From Verrucomicrobiia bacterium (GTDB lineage Bacteria; Verrucomicrobiota; Verrucomicrobiia; Limisphaerales; UBA11358): DNA of 54,225 nucleotides. Positions within the stretch are counted from its first letter, which is position 1. Every line of letters begins with the position of its first letter. A model generated the notes under the pieces. The model was not told the DNA's origin and did no database searches. It saw only the letters and a program-made list of their open reading frames with translations. This document shows positions 26,958-36,006 of this stretch, one piece after another. The position numbers and the translations under genes are program-made. Where the stretch lies: positions 1 to 54,225 of the forward strand of contig DASYAA010000053.1 of the NCBI GenBank assembly GCA_036501565.1, given 5' to 3'.

Positions 26958-29738
26958 ATGGAAGACTTGCTGAAGAAAATCGAGGGCGACGCCAAAGAAC
27001 GCCTGCCGTTGCCGCCGACCGGCGACGCGGCGGAACAACTGGCGCGTTACAAGACTTTCCTTAAAGTCGAAACGCACCGGCTTAAAATCCAGCATCGCGG
27101 CGGCGCAAGCGGGCAGGTAATTTGTCGCGCGCGCGCGACGATTCTCGACGCGCTCTTGGAACATCTTTGGGAATCAGCCAAAGGCAGTTTGTCCGCGCAG
27201 GCGCAAAAGGAATTTCCGCCGCTCGCGCTCGTCGCAATCGGCGGTTACGGTCGCGCAGAACTGAATCCGCACAGCGACATTGACTTCATGTTTCTGCACG
27301 ACGGCCAAATCGCGGCAAACAAGCCGCTTCCGTATTTATCCAAATTAATTGATGGCGTGTTGTATCCGTTGTGGGACATCGGGCTGAAAGTCGGCCACTC
27401 GGTTCGCAGCATTGACGATTGCGTGAAGGTCGCCAACACCGACATGCAATCCAAAACGTCGCTTATCGAGGCGCGATTGATCGCAGGCGACGAAAAATTG
27501 TTCGGGCAATTTCAAAAAGCGCTCGTGGCCAAATGCGTCGTCGGGTTCGAGGAAAAATACATCGCGTTGCGGCTGGAAGATCAGGAAACGCGCCGCGCGA
27601 AATACGGCAACTCCGCGTGCATGCAGGAACCGAACATCAAAAACGGCTGCGGCGGCCTGCGCGATTTTCAAAATCTGCTGTGGATGACGTTTTTCAAATA
27701 TCGCACGCGCTCGTTGCGCGAATTGGAGCAGCAGGAGTTTGTCAGCGCCGCCGAACGCAAACAGCTCGAAGCCGCCTATGATTTTCTGCTGCGCGTACGG
27801 ACTGAATTGCATTACGAAGTCGTCCGTCCGCTCGACGTGCTGGGAAAAAATCTGCAGCCAGCCGTCGCGCACGCGCTCGGCTACGGCGACCGCTCGCCGA
27901 GCAAACGCATCGAGAAATTCATGCGCGACCTTTATACGCACATGAGAAATATTTTTCTCATCACGCGCACATTGGAGCAGCGCATGGCGTTGATCGCGCC
28001 GACGCAAAGCAGACTTTCGCTGCGCCGCTGGCTGCCAAAAAGAAAACGCGAGCCTGAAATCGTTGACGGCTTCAAATTCATCAATGGCGAGATTCATGCC
28101 ACCTCCAACCGCATTTTCCGCGATTCGCCGCGCCGGCTCATGCGCGTTTTTCTCTGCGCGCAGCAACGGCGGCTGACGTTGCATCCCGACCTTGCGCAAC
28201 TCATCCGCAACCAGACCTCGCTCGTGGACCGTGATTTTTTGAACGACGAGCACGTCCGCGAAACATTTCTGACGATTCTTGAACGGCGCGGGAGCGTCGC
28301 GCCGGTTTTGCGCGCGATGCACGAGGTAAATCTGCTCGGAAAATACATTCCCGAATTCGGCAAGCTCACCTGCCTCGTGCAGCACGAGTTTTATCACCAA
28401 TACGCCGCCGACGAACACACGCTCGTTTGCCTTGAGCAACTCGACCGCGTGTGGGAGGCGCAGCAGCAGCCTTACAAACATTACGCGCCGCTGTTTCAAA
28501 GTTTGGAACGTCCCGGCCTGCTTTACCTTGCGCTGCTATTGCACGACACCGGAAAAGCTGAAATTCACAAAAAAGGCGGCCACGCAAAAGTCAGCGCGGA
28601 GATGGCGATGCGCGCGGCGAAACGGCTGCAACTCGACGGCACGGCGGCGCACACGCTGCGGCTTATCATTGAAAATCACCTACTCATGGCCAGTGTTTCG
28701 CAGCGGCGCGATCTTGATGACCCGACTGTCATCAGAAATTTCGCGCGGCAAATCGAGACTCCCGAAGCGCTGAATTTGCTCACACTGCTGACCTTCGCCG
28801 ATTCGCAGGGCACGAGCGACAAACTCTGGAACGGTTTCAAGGACACGCTGCTCTGGCAATTGCACTCACGCGCGATGGCGCTGCTCACCGGCGGCTCGGA
28901 ATTTGTCCGCGCCTCCGAAAAACAGCGCGAGTTGCTCCAGCAAGAAGTACGCGAAATCGCATCCAAACAAATCACCGACGAAGAAATCAGCGCGCATTTT
29001 GAAAAATTACCGCCGCGTTATTTTGAAATCCGCACCGCGCGCGAAATTTTCGACGACCTCGAACTCGCGCATCGCTTCATGCACCGGTTGTTTCTGGAAA
29101 AAGACCGCACGCTCGCGCCCGTGACTGCGTGGCTGGACGAACCTGACCGCGGCTACAATCTCGTCAAAATCTGCACATGGGATCGTTCCGGCTTGTTCAG
29201 CAAAATCGCCGGTTCGTTGAGCGCCAGCGGCCTGAACATTCTGGGCGCGCAGATTTTCACTCGCGCCGACGGCATCGCCCTCGACACATTTTTCGTCAAC
29301 GACGCGCACACCGGCAATCTCGGCGCGCGCGAACAACACGACCAATTCGCCGCGCTTCTGGAAAAAGTCTTGAACAGCGGCGACATTGACTTGCAAACGC
29401 TCATCGCGCGCCAAACCGTCAACCGTCCTGTTTATCAAGCCTACGCCGGAGAACAGATGGCGACCGAAATTTATTTTGACAACGAGGCTTCTGACACGCG
29501 CACGCTCATCGAGATTGAAACCGAAGATCGCCTCGGCCTGCTTTACACCATTTCAAAAACATTCGCCGAGCTTGCCGTGGACATCGCGGGCGCGCGCATT
29601 GTCACCGAACGCGGCGCGGCCATTGACACATTTTACGTGCGCGAACTGGACAGCGGAAAAATTATTTCCGCTGAACGGCAGAAACTGATTGAAAGCCGAT
29701 TGCGCGAGGCCATCAACCGGCTCGACGTCGCGGAATGA
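26958..29738 (+). CDS. glnD: [Protein-PII] uridylyltransferase/uridylyl-removing enzyme
   Basis: 'GGYGRAELNPHSDIDFMFL' nucleotidyltransferase motif, HD 'LLLHDTGK', and two C-terminal ACT-like repeats. ATG at 26958 is preferred over the TTG at 26934. Confidence 0.92.
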   Translation: MEDLLKKIEGDAKERLPLPPTGDAAEQLARYKTFLKVETHRLKIQHRGGASGQVICRARATILDALLEHLWESAKGSLSAQAQKEFPPLALVAIGGYGRAELNPHSDIDFMFLHDGQIAANKPLPYLSKLIDGVLYPLWDIGLKVGHSVRSIDDCVKVANTDMQSKTSLIEARLIAGDEKLFGQFQKALVAKCVVGFEEKYIALRLEDQETRRAKYGNSACMQEPNIKNGCGGLRDFQNLLWMTFFKYRTRSLRELEQQEFVSAAERKQLEAAYDFLLRVRTELHYEVVRPLDVLGKNLQPAVAHALGYGDRSPSKRIEKFMRDLYTHMRNIFLITRTLEQRMALIAPTQSRLSLRRWLPKRKREPEIVDGFKFINGEIHATSNRIFRDSPRRLMRVFLCAQQRRLTLHPDLAQLIRNQTSLVDRDFLNDEHVRETFLTILERRGSVAPVLRAMHEVNLLGKYIPEFGKLTCLVQHEFYHQYAADEHTLVCLEQLDRVWEAQQQPYKHYAPLFQSLERPGLLYLALLLHDTGKAEIHKKGGHAKVSAEMAMRAAKRLQLDGTAAHTLRLIIENHLLMASVSQRRDLDDPTVIRNFARQIETPEALNLLTLLTFADSQGTSDKLWNGFKDTLLWQLHSRAMALLTGGSEFVRASEKQRELLQQEVREIASKQITDEEISAHFEKLPPRYFEIRTAREIFDDLELAHRFMHRLFLEKDRTLAPVTAWLDEPDRGYNLVKICTWDRSGLFSKIAGSLSASGLNILGAQIFTRADGIALDTFFVNDAHTGNLGAREQHDQFAALLEKVLNSGDIDLQTLIARQTVNRPVYQAYAGEQMATEIYFDNEASDTRTLIEIETEDRLGLLYTISKTFAELAVDIAGARIVTERGAAIDTFYVRELDSGKIISAERQKLIESRLREAINRLDVAE

Positions 29739-29801
29739 ATTGCGGACGCAAACCAATTGCAACTCCCTGCGCCGTCTGATAAAAACAAACCGTCGCACAA
29801 C

Positions 29802-29875
29802 GCGGGTGTGGTTCAATGGTAGAACGTGGGCTTCCCAAGCCTGAAACGAGGGTTCGATTCCCTTCACCCGCTCCA
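29802..29875 (+). tRNA. tRNA-Gly (anticodon CCC), CCA encoded
   Basis: Hand-folded cloverleaf. Acceptor GCGGGTG/CACCCGC, D-arm GTTC-AATGGTA-GAAC, anticodon arm TGGGC-TTCCCAA-GCCTG, T-arm GAGGG-TTCGATT-CCCTT, discriminator T, then CCA. Confidence 0.92.
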
Positions 29876-29881
29876 AAAATT

Positions 29882-30565
29882 ATGTTCAAGCCAGCCGACC
29901 TGTTTGACCTGAAGCAAACCGAACACGCCGCCATCTTCGACGGTTGCAAATTCGCGTGGGAAGCTTTAGGAAAAATTGAAGCCTACCTAGCGCAAGTGCC
30001 GAAACAAAATCCACCCAAAAGATTTCCCAGCGCGACAATCGGCGAAAAAGTTTTCATCGGCGAAGGCACGATTGTCGAACCCGGCGTGCTCATCAAAGGC
30101 CCGGCCATCATCGGCAAGAATTGCCAAATCCGCCACAACGCTTATATCCGCGAGAACGTCATCATCGGCGACGGCTGCGTGGTCGGCAATTCGAGCGAGC
30201 TGAAAAACTCGCTGCTCTTCAATGGCGCGCAGGTGCCGCACTTCAATTACATCGGCGACTCCATCCTCGGCCACAAGGCGCACCTCGGCGCGGGCGTGAA
30301 GATTTCCAACTTCAAACTTTTCCCCGGCAACATCCTCGTCGAGATTGACGGCGCGCCCTTCGACACCGGCCTGCGCAAGTTCGGCGCGCTGCTGGGCGAC
30401 GGCGCGGAAGCCGGCTGCAACGCCGTGCTGAACCCCGGCAGCATCCTCGGACGCGGCGCGGTGATTTACCCGAACGTTTTCTGGCGCGGCATTTTGCCCG
30501 CGAACATGATCGTGAAAAACAAATCCCAAATCGAAGTCGTCGTCAAAAGGCCGAGGGAAAGTTAA
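29882..30565 (+). CDS. Left-handed beta-helix (hexapeptide repeat) transferase, GlmU C-terminal-like
   Basis: Repeated [LIV]-G-x-x-x-x hexapeptides (e.g. 'IGKNCQIRHNAYIRENVIIGDGCVVGNSSEL'). The track start 29816 lies inside the tRNA; the first ATG is at 29882. Confidence 0.75.
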   Translation: MFKPADLFDLKQTEHAAIFDGCKFAWEALGKIEAYLAQVPKQNPPKRFPSATIGEKVFIGEGTIVEPGVLIKGPAIIGKNCQIRHNAYIRENVIIGDGCVVGNSSELKNSLLFNGAQVPHFNYIGDSILGHKAHLGAGVKISNFKLFPGNILVEIDGAPFDTGLRKFGALLGDGAEAGCNAVLNPGSILGRGAVIYPNVFWRGILPANMIVKNKSQIEVVVKRPRES

Positions 30566-30597
30566 ATCCAAATCACAGGCGCAACGTTCGCTTTGTC

Positions 30598-31682
30598 ATG
30601 AATAATAAAAACGAGCGCCAACATTACGTCTCCCAAGTTCTGCTTGAAAGATTTAGAATTCCCAACAGCCCGTTGGAATGCTTTCAGGTTCAAACAAAAC
30701 AATGGAAGCAACGAAGTGTTCAGAAAATCTGCTCATCACGTGGCTATAATCAACTTTTAGTTTCTGGTGATATAAACAATGCTATCGAGGATTCGTTTTC
30801 AAAAGTTGAAACCGATTTACCAAATACTTTCAAAGCATTGGAAGAGGCAGCGAATAAATCTTCGACTGATTTACCCAAAACCATCTATGAAAATCTCTGC
30901 CGTTATTGTGCCTTTCTCAGGCGGACATCTCTTTTTGCAAAACCCGCGCGGTTGTGAGCTTTTTGGCGCAAATCAATATGGAACTGGAAAAGGGAGAATA
31001 TTTTTTATTCCGAGAACTGAAAACACCAGATGACGTAATAGCCAAATTTCGTGAAGGATATTTTCAAGGAGGCAGAGTCATAATCGAGTCCGAAAATGTT
31101 TTGCAGCTCGTTTATAGACTCCAATTTGAACGATTGCTACAGCTTAATTTCATAGAATTTCTTAATTGCGATTGGACTATTTCCATTTCGCCAGTTGATC
31201 TGCCAATGTCTGACATTGGATTAATTCAAATCCAGTTAATAAATCTCAAGGCTAACCAATATATTTTGCCGATTGGCCCCAGGCATGTGCTCGATGGCAT
31301 ATTTTATCAAGACTTGTCGAAGAATTCATCGCGTTCTGAAATCAAAGGACACAATCTTAATCCAGAGGAAACTGAATATCGGCTTGATACAATTTGCTTA
31401 TCTTCAATTGATGAAATTATTTTTACTCGCCGTCAATCAGATGTGCTTAAGATTCTCGACCGAGCAAAGACAAAAGGAATTTCCTTTAACAAAGTTGTGA
31501 ATCCAAAACTTGCTGCTTCATCTGGCTTGAAAAATGCCAGCCTTGGTTATTGTCTTCAAATGGTTTCAACGGACGAATATGTGAAATTTATTCATTCATT
31601 TATTCAACCGCCGAATCTTGCCACAAAAGCGCTGTCAAAAGATTCATCCGGCTTCAATTCAATCCATTCCGGGTCAAGCTGA
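30598..31682 (+). pseudogene. DUF4238-like gene split by a 1-nt frameshift (two overlapping ORFs 30598-30957 and 30906-31682)
   Basis: N-terminal 'QHYVSQVLLERF' resembles the DUF4238 'HYVPQFYL' motif. The reading frame switches around 30940-30957. Strongly AT-rich and CpG-poor. Its 3' end overlaps the miaA 3' end by 79 nt. Confidence 0.55.
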
Positions 31683-32527
31683 CGGCGGAACCACGTCAGT
31701 TGCCGCTTGGCAAATTGTCGCGTGCGGCTTTTCACCAGTTCAATCGTCTCCGCCAGCGGGCGTTCGCCGCGCAAATGTTCCACCACCTGCCGGTAGCCGA
31801 TGGCCTGCATCGCCGTCTTGTTTTGCTCAAGGCCGCGCTGGAGCAATCCGCGCGTCTCGTTCACCAGCCCGCGCGCGAACATCGTATCCACGCGAGCGTT
31901 GATGCGCGCGTGTAAATCTTCAGCCTGCCGCGAAAAAGCAAAAAACTTTTCTGACTTCTGACTTCTGGCTTCTGATTTCCATTCGGCTCTTTGTTCGGAA
32001 AATTTTTTGCCAGACAATCGGATTACTTCCACCGCACGGATGACGCGGCGCGGATTTTGTTTGTCAATTTTTTCATAAGCCGCCGGGTCGCGCTCGCGCA
32101 ATTCGCGCAACAACGATTCAAACGACGCAGCTTCCAGTTCGGCGCGCAATTCGGGATTGGTGGCGGGCGCTTCGCCGAGTCCGCTCAAAAACGCCTTGAA
32201 ATAAAGTCCCGTGCCGCCGCAGAAAATCGGGATTTTATTTCGCGACTGGATTTCTTCCACCGCCTTTTGCGCGAGCCGGATGAATTGCGCGGCGTCAAAA
32301 TTTTCCGTCAAATCGCAAATATCAATGAGGTGATGCGGGATTCTTTTCCGCTCTTCCGAATTTGGCTTGGCTGTGCCGATGTCGAGCCCGCGATAAACCT
32401 GCATCGAATCGGCGGAAATGATTTCGCCGCCGATTTTTTCCGCGAGTGCGAGCGCGATTTCAGATTTTCCAACCGCCGTCGGTCCAGCGATAAAAATTGG
32501 AGTTGAGACAGAATTTACAGAATTCAC
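31604..32527 (-). CDS. miaA: tRNA dimethylallyltransferase
   Basis: P-loop 'GPTAVGKSEIAL', 'DSMQVYRGLDIGTAKP', and 'KRQLTWFR'. GTG is the only in-frame start. Confidence 0.92.
   Translation of the reverse strand: MNSVNSVSTPIFIAGPTAVGKSEIALALAEKIGGEIISADSMQVYRGLDIGTAKPNSEERKRIPHHLIDICDLTENFDAAQFIRLAQKAVEEIQSRNKIPIFCGGTGLYFKAFLSGLGEAPATNPELRAELEAASFESLLRELRERDPAAYEKIDKQNPRRVIRAVEVIRLSGKKFSEQRAEWKSEARSQKSEKFFAFSRQAEDLHARINARVDTMFARGLVNETRGLLQRGLEQNKTAMQAIGYRQVVEHLRGERPLAETIELVKSRTRQFAKRQLTWFRRQLDPEWIELKPDESFDSAFVARFGG
31949..31976. repeat. Heptamer tandem repeat (TTCTGAC x4, degenerate) inside miaA
   Basis: TTCTGAC TTCTGAC TTCTGGC TTCTGAT. Read on the minus strand it encodes 'SEARSQKSEK' in frame. 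Confidence 0.8.
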
Positions 32528-32607
32528 AAAATTAAAAAATCGGCGGCGGAAGGGTTTGTGTTTTTCGATTCCACAATTTCAATTCTGTAAATTTTGTTAA
32601 TTCTGTC
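32507..32607. repeat. Inverted 9-mer tandem words (AATTCTGTA) flanking the lgt-miaA gap and covering the miaA start
   Basis: Arm 32507-32527 (ACAGAATTT x2) faces arm 32580-32607 (AATTCTGTA-type x3). 13 nt are perfectly complementary (AATTCTGTAAATT). Confidence 0.75.
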
Positions 32608-32613
32608 AAAAAA

Positions 32614-33432
32614 TCAGTTTTGTCTTGGCGTCGGGCTGCGGCGCGACAGAATCGCCGCGAGCCCAAGCCCGGCCACAAAAATCGGCACGCTGATCCATTG
32701 TGCGGGCGTCAGGCCGAGGTGGTAATGCAGATTGGTGTAGTCGCCGCGAAAATATTCGACGAACGAGCGCGTGACGGCGTAGCAAAGCAAATAAGTCGAA
32801 AAAATCTGGCCGTCGAATTTTTTGCGCCGGAACAGCCACGCGAGAAAGACGTAAAGCGCCAGATTCAAAAGGCCGTCGTAAATTTCAGTCGGATGAACCG
32901 GCAGCGATTGACTGTTTGCGCCGACGAGCCCTTCCTGAAACTGCTGGTTCCAAGCGGCGGAACCGTTTGGAAATTGGATTGCCCACGGCAAATTCGCCGG
33001 GCGTCCATAACAACAGCCATTGAGCAGGCAGCCGGCGCGTCCAAAAAAACTTCCAAGCGCGATGCTCGGCGCGAGAACGTCGGCGGTTTTCCAGAACGGC
33101 ATTTTTTTCCAGCGGATGTAAACCGCTCCGCCGACAATCGCGCCGATGAGTCCGCCGTAATAAACAAGTCCGCCATGCTGGATCATGAAGATTTCTGAAA
33201 TTGGCTGGTTCGCAAATTCCTCTTTCCAATAAGTCGTCACATAAACGATTCGCGCGCCAAGAATTCCGCCAATCATCAGCCAAAGCGTGACATCAGCAAT
33301 TTTTTCGCCGGGAATTTTTTCGCGCCGCGCGCGAAGCGTGGCCGTCCAAAGCCCGAATAAAAATGCGAGCGCGATCATCACGCCATACCAATGAATCGTG
33401 AGCGAGCCAATGTGAAACGCAATCGGATGCAC
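32614..33432 (-). CDS. lgt: Prolipoprotein diacylglyceryl transferase
   Basis: 272 aa and polytopic. 'GRAGCLLNGCCYGRP' and 'HPTEIYDGLLN'. GTG start. Confidence 0.92.
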   Translation of the reverse strand: MHPIAFHIGSLTIHWYGVMIALAFLFGLWTATLRARREKIPGEKIADVTLWLMIGGILGARIVYVTTYWKEEFANQPISEIFMIQHGGLVYYGGLIGAIVGGAVYIRWKKMPFWKTADVLAPSIALGSFFGRAGCLLNGCCYGRPANLPWAIQFPNGSAAWNQQFQEGLVGANSQSLPVHPTEIYDGLLNLALYVFLAWLFRRKKFDGQIFSTYLLCYAVTRSFVEYFRGDYTNLHYHLGLTPAQWISVPIFVAGLGLAAILSRRSPTPRQN

Positions 33433-33481
33433 GGTGAAAGGTTAGAGCCTTGCGGCGAAAATTGAAATTGAATATCGCCGA

Positions 33482-34435
33482 TCAGTTGTGATTTGTGACC
33501 GCGGCGGAATTAGATGTCGACGGCATGGGCATCACAAAACCGACGGGCATCGGCGGCCATTCGGGGACATGTGTGACGAGATCGCACCATGCCTGGCGTT
33601 CGGCGGGCGACATCTGCGACCAGCGCGCGGCATTTTTCAAAAATTCCGCCTGCTCCGACGCGCTCATGCTGGCAAATTTTGCGAAGGCATTGATGCATTC
33701 GACGCGTTGCGCCGCCGGCATTTTATCAAAAGCCTGCAATGTTTTTTCCATTTGCCGGCGCTCGGCATCGGACAAGGTGCTCAACGTTTCTTTTTTTTCA
33801 TCAGGCGTGAGTTCAAAAAATTGATTGAAGCCGGTGGTGATCTGCCGTCGCTCGGCTTCCGAAAGCGTGTCCCAATGCGCACGGTCGGTATCGTTAGGTT
33901 CACGCCGCCAGACATCTCCCGGCGGTCCGTTGCTCAAATCCACATGCGCGAAGTAGCGCAGGGTGTGTTCGTTCTCCAAAAATTCCTGTTGCAATTGCGG
34001 CGGCAAAATAATCCATTCTTCGAGACGGCTTTGAACCAATGGACGGATGTCGTCCGGTGTTTGCTCCAACCGCGCGGCGCGGTTTGTCGGCGATTCATGC
34101 AAGAGCGGCATCAGATACCAGCGCAATTCCGTCGCGCGCAACCGCAATTCGCGTTCGTCCGGGTCGAGCGCCTCGTATTCGCCGACTTTGGCGAGAATGC
34201 GTTCGCGGATTTCGGGCGGGCGGTTCGTCAAAAAATTTTCGCGCTCGTCCGGCGTCATCGCAAGCAGTTGACGAAAAAAATCCACCGGCGAATGCGCAAA
34301 ATGCGGCGGATGGTTTGTGGCAGAAAATAATTTGATTGGTGCTGGCGCGAGGCCTTCGGCAAGCAGCGGAAAAAAGCTCAATTGCCCCGCCACGCAAAAA
34401 GCGAGCCACCAACACGCCTGCCGCGAACGACTCAT
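33482..34435 (-). CDS. Secreted repeat protein, DUF3106-like
   Basis: Signal peptide followed by repeated 'xPDE/AERxx' helices ('LSEAERRQI', 'LSDAERRQM', 'MSPAERQAW'). ATGA overlap with the upstream gene. Confidence 0.5.
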   Translation of the reverse strand: MSRSRQACWWLAFCVAGQLSFFPLLAEGLAPAPIKLFSATNHPPHFAHSPVDFFRQLLAMTPDERENFLTNRPPEIRERILAKVGEYEALDPDERELRLRATELRWYLMPLLHESPTNRAARLEQTPDDIRPLVQSRLEEWIILPPQLQQEFLENEHTLRYFAHVDLSNGPPGDVWRREPNDTDRAHWDTLSEAERRQITTGFNQFFELTPDEKKETLSTLSDAERRQMEKTLQAFDKMPAAQRVECINAFAKFASMSASEQAEFLKNAARWSQMSPAERQAWCDLVTHVPEWPPMPVGFVMPMPSTSNSAAVTNHN

Positions 34436-34812
34436 TGCAGCAGCGCCAGCAATTCCTCATCGGCGCGCGGCTGGCTCATGCGCTGGATGGCGTCAAAATT
34501 TTTCAGCGCGTCCACACTGGGAAGCGGCCGGGCGGTCGCCACGAACGCCACGTTTTTGGCGAGCGCAGCGCGCTGGTTGTAAACTTCATGGTGATGAAAA
34601 GTCAGACCGGCAAAAAGAACCGCCGCCGCAGTCACGGCGATGCGCGGCAACACGCGCCAGTTCCACCAATTGAAATTCCATCTGCGCGCCGGACGCGATT
34701 CTTCAAATTCGACCGCCTGCAAAACACGCGCGGTAAAATTCGACGGCATGGACGCGTCGGGCAGGCGTGAAAGCAATTCGCGCAATTCATTTTGGAGCGG
34801 ATCGTTTTTCAT
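34432..34812 (-). CDS. Single-pass membrane protein, anti-sigma-factor-like
   Basis: 'LPDASMPSNFTARVLQAV' followed by TM 'IAVTAAAVLFAGLTF'. ATG at 34812 (the track start 34857 is upstream). Confidence 0.4.
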   Translation of the reverse strand: MKNDPLQNELRELLSRLPDASMPSNFTARVLQAVEFEESRPARRWNFNWWNWRVLPRIAVTAAAVLFAGLTFHHHEVYNQRAALAKNVAFVATARPLPSVDALKNFDAIQRMSQPRADEELLALLQ

Positions 34813-34906
34813 CGTTTGCTTGTGGTTAAAAACCGGGCTGCAAACAAAGTTGCGCAAAAAAACTCACTCGCTGTTTCCTGAATTTCAACGTATTTTGTCG
34901 CGCAAA

Positions 34907-35947
34907 GTGACCGCCGCAATTCCAACAAACCGCGAGCGTTTCCTCGACGCCTGCCGCTGCAAGCAAGTTGACCGTCCGCCAGTCTGGCTCATGCGACAGG
35001 CCGGACGCGCGCTGCCGGAATATCGCAAGCTCAAGGCCAAACACGATTTTCTCGAACTTGTCCGCACGCCCGAACTCGCCGCCGAAGTCACGCTTCAGCC
35101 GGTGCGCCGGTTCGATTTCGACGCCGCGATTTTGTTCAGCGACATTCTTGTCGTCGCCGAAGGTTTGGGTCAGGGCTACAAATTCCGCGACGGCGGCGGC
35201 ATCCAGATGAATTTTATTTTGGGAACGGAGGACGAAATCAAAAAATTAGACGTGAATGCGCTGCCCGAAAAACTCGATTATATTCCGCGTGCGCTGCAAC
35301 TGATCAAAAAATCGCTCGGAGAAAAAACCGCGCTCATCGGTTTTGCCGGCTCGCCGTGGACGCTCGCCAATTTCATGCTCGAAGGCGGCAGCGCGAAGGA
35401 ATTTACCCGGGCGAAAAATCTTTTTTACACGCAGCCGGAACTTTTTTCCGCGCTGATGGAAAAATTGACCGCCGCCGTCACGCGCCTGCTGCAAATGCAA
35501 ATCATCGCCGGCGCGGAAGTCGTCCAAATCTTCGACAGCCTCGGCGGTTTGCTTTCGCAAAATGATTTTCCCGGAGCTTCCGCAAATTGGATGAAGCAAA
35601 TTATTTCGGGATTAAACAGCGCCGTGCCGGTGATTGTTTTTTCCAAGGACGTTCACGGCAATTGGAACGATTTGATTGAAACCGGCGCGAACGTTTTAGG
35701 AATTGATTCCGGCGTGTGGCTTGCGGACATTCGCGCGAAACTGCCAGCCAACATCGGCGTTCAAGGCAATCTTGATCCGTTCTTGTTGCTGACGACACCG
35801 GAAAAAGTCGCGGCTGAAACGAATCGTATTCTGGCCGAAATGCGCGGCGCGCGCGGGCATATTTTTAATTTGGGCCACGGTGTTCCGCCGGAAGCGAAAC
35901 TGGAAAACATTTCCGCGCTCGTTGAAACCGTCCGCAATTTCAAATGA
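34907..35947 (+). CDS. hemE: Uroporphyrinogen decarboxylase
   Basis: 'PVWLMRQAGRALPEYR' signature. The long track ORF begins at 34640, but the in-frame GTG at 34907 gives a canonical 346-aa protein. Confidence 0.9.
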   Translation: MTAAIPTNRERFLDACRCKQVDRPPVWLMRQAGRALPEYRKLKAKHDFLELVRTPELAAEVTLQPVRRFDFDAAILFSDILVVAEGLGQGYKFRDGGGIQMNFILGTEDEIKKLDVNALPEKLDYIPRALQLIKKSLGEKTALIGFAGSPWTLANFMLEGGSAKEFTRAKNLFYTQPELFSALMEKLTAAVTRLLQMQIIAGAEVVQIFDSLGGLLSQNDFPGASANWMKQIISGLNSAVPVIVFSKDVHGNWNDLIETGANVLGIDSGVWLADIRAKLPANIGVQGNLDPFLLLTTPEKVAAETNRILAEMRGARGHIFNLGHGVPPEAKLENISALVETVRNFK

Positions 35948-36006
35948 AGCCGATTGTTAAATTTGAAAAGGGTTGAAATCCCGCCAAACCTGTTCAATAG
36001 TGCGGC

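Noticed and set aside
27345-28499. 384-aa minus-strand ORF inside glnD
   Set aside because: Same antisense-shadow pattern (R/A/Q/F-rich, no recognisable domain). glnD motifs occupy the plus strand throughout.
30930-30960. Programmed -1/+1 ribosomal frameshift in the DUF4238-like gene
   Set aside because: There is no X XXY YYZ slippery heptamer in the zero frame and no obvious downstream structure. A mutation or a homopolymer sequencing error is more parsimonious.
34640-34906. Upstream extension of the hemE ORF (also the 36171 start of the FMN reductase ORF and the 29816 start of the LbH gene)
   Set aside because: The extensions overlap neighbouring genes or the tRNA and lack family sequence. 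In-frame GTG 34907, ATG 36384 and ATG 29882 give canonical N-termini.
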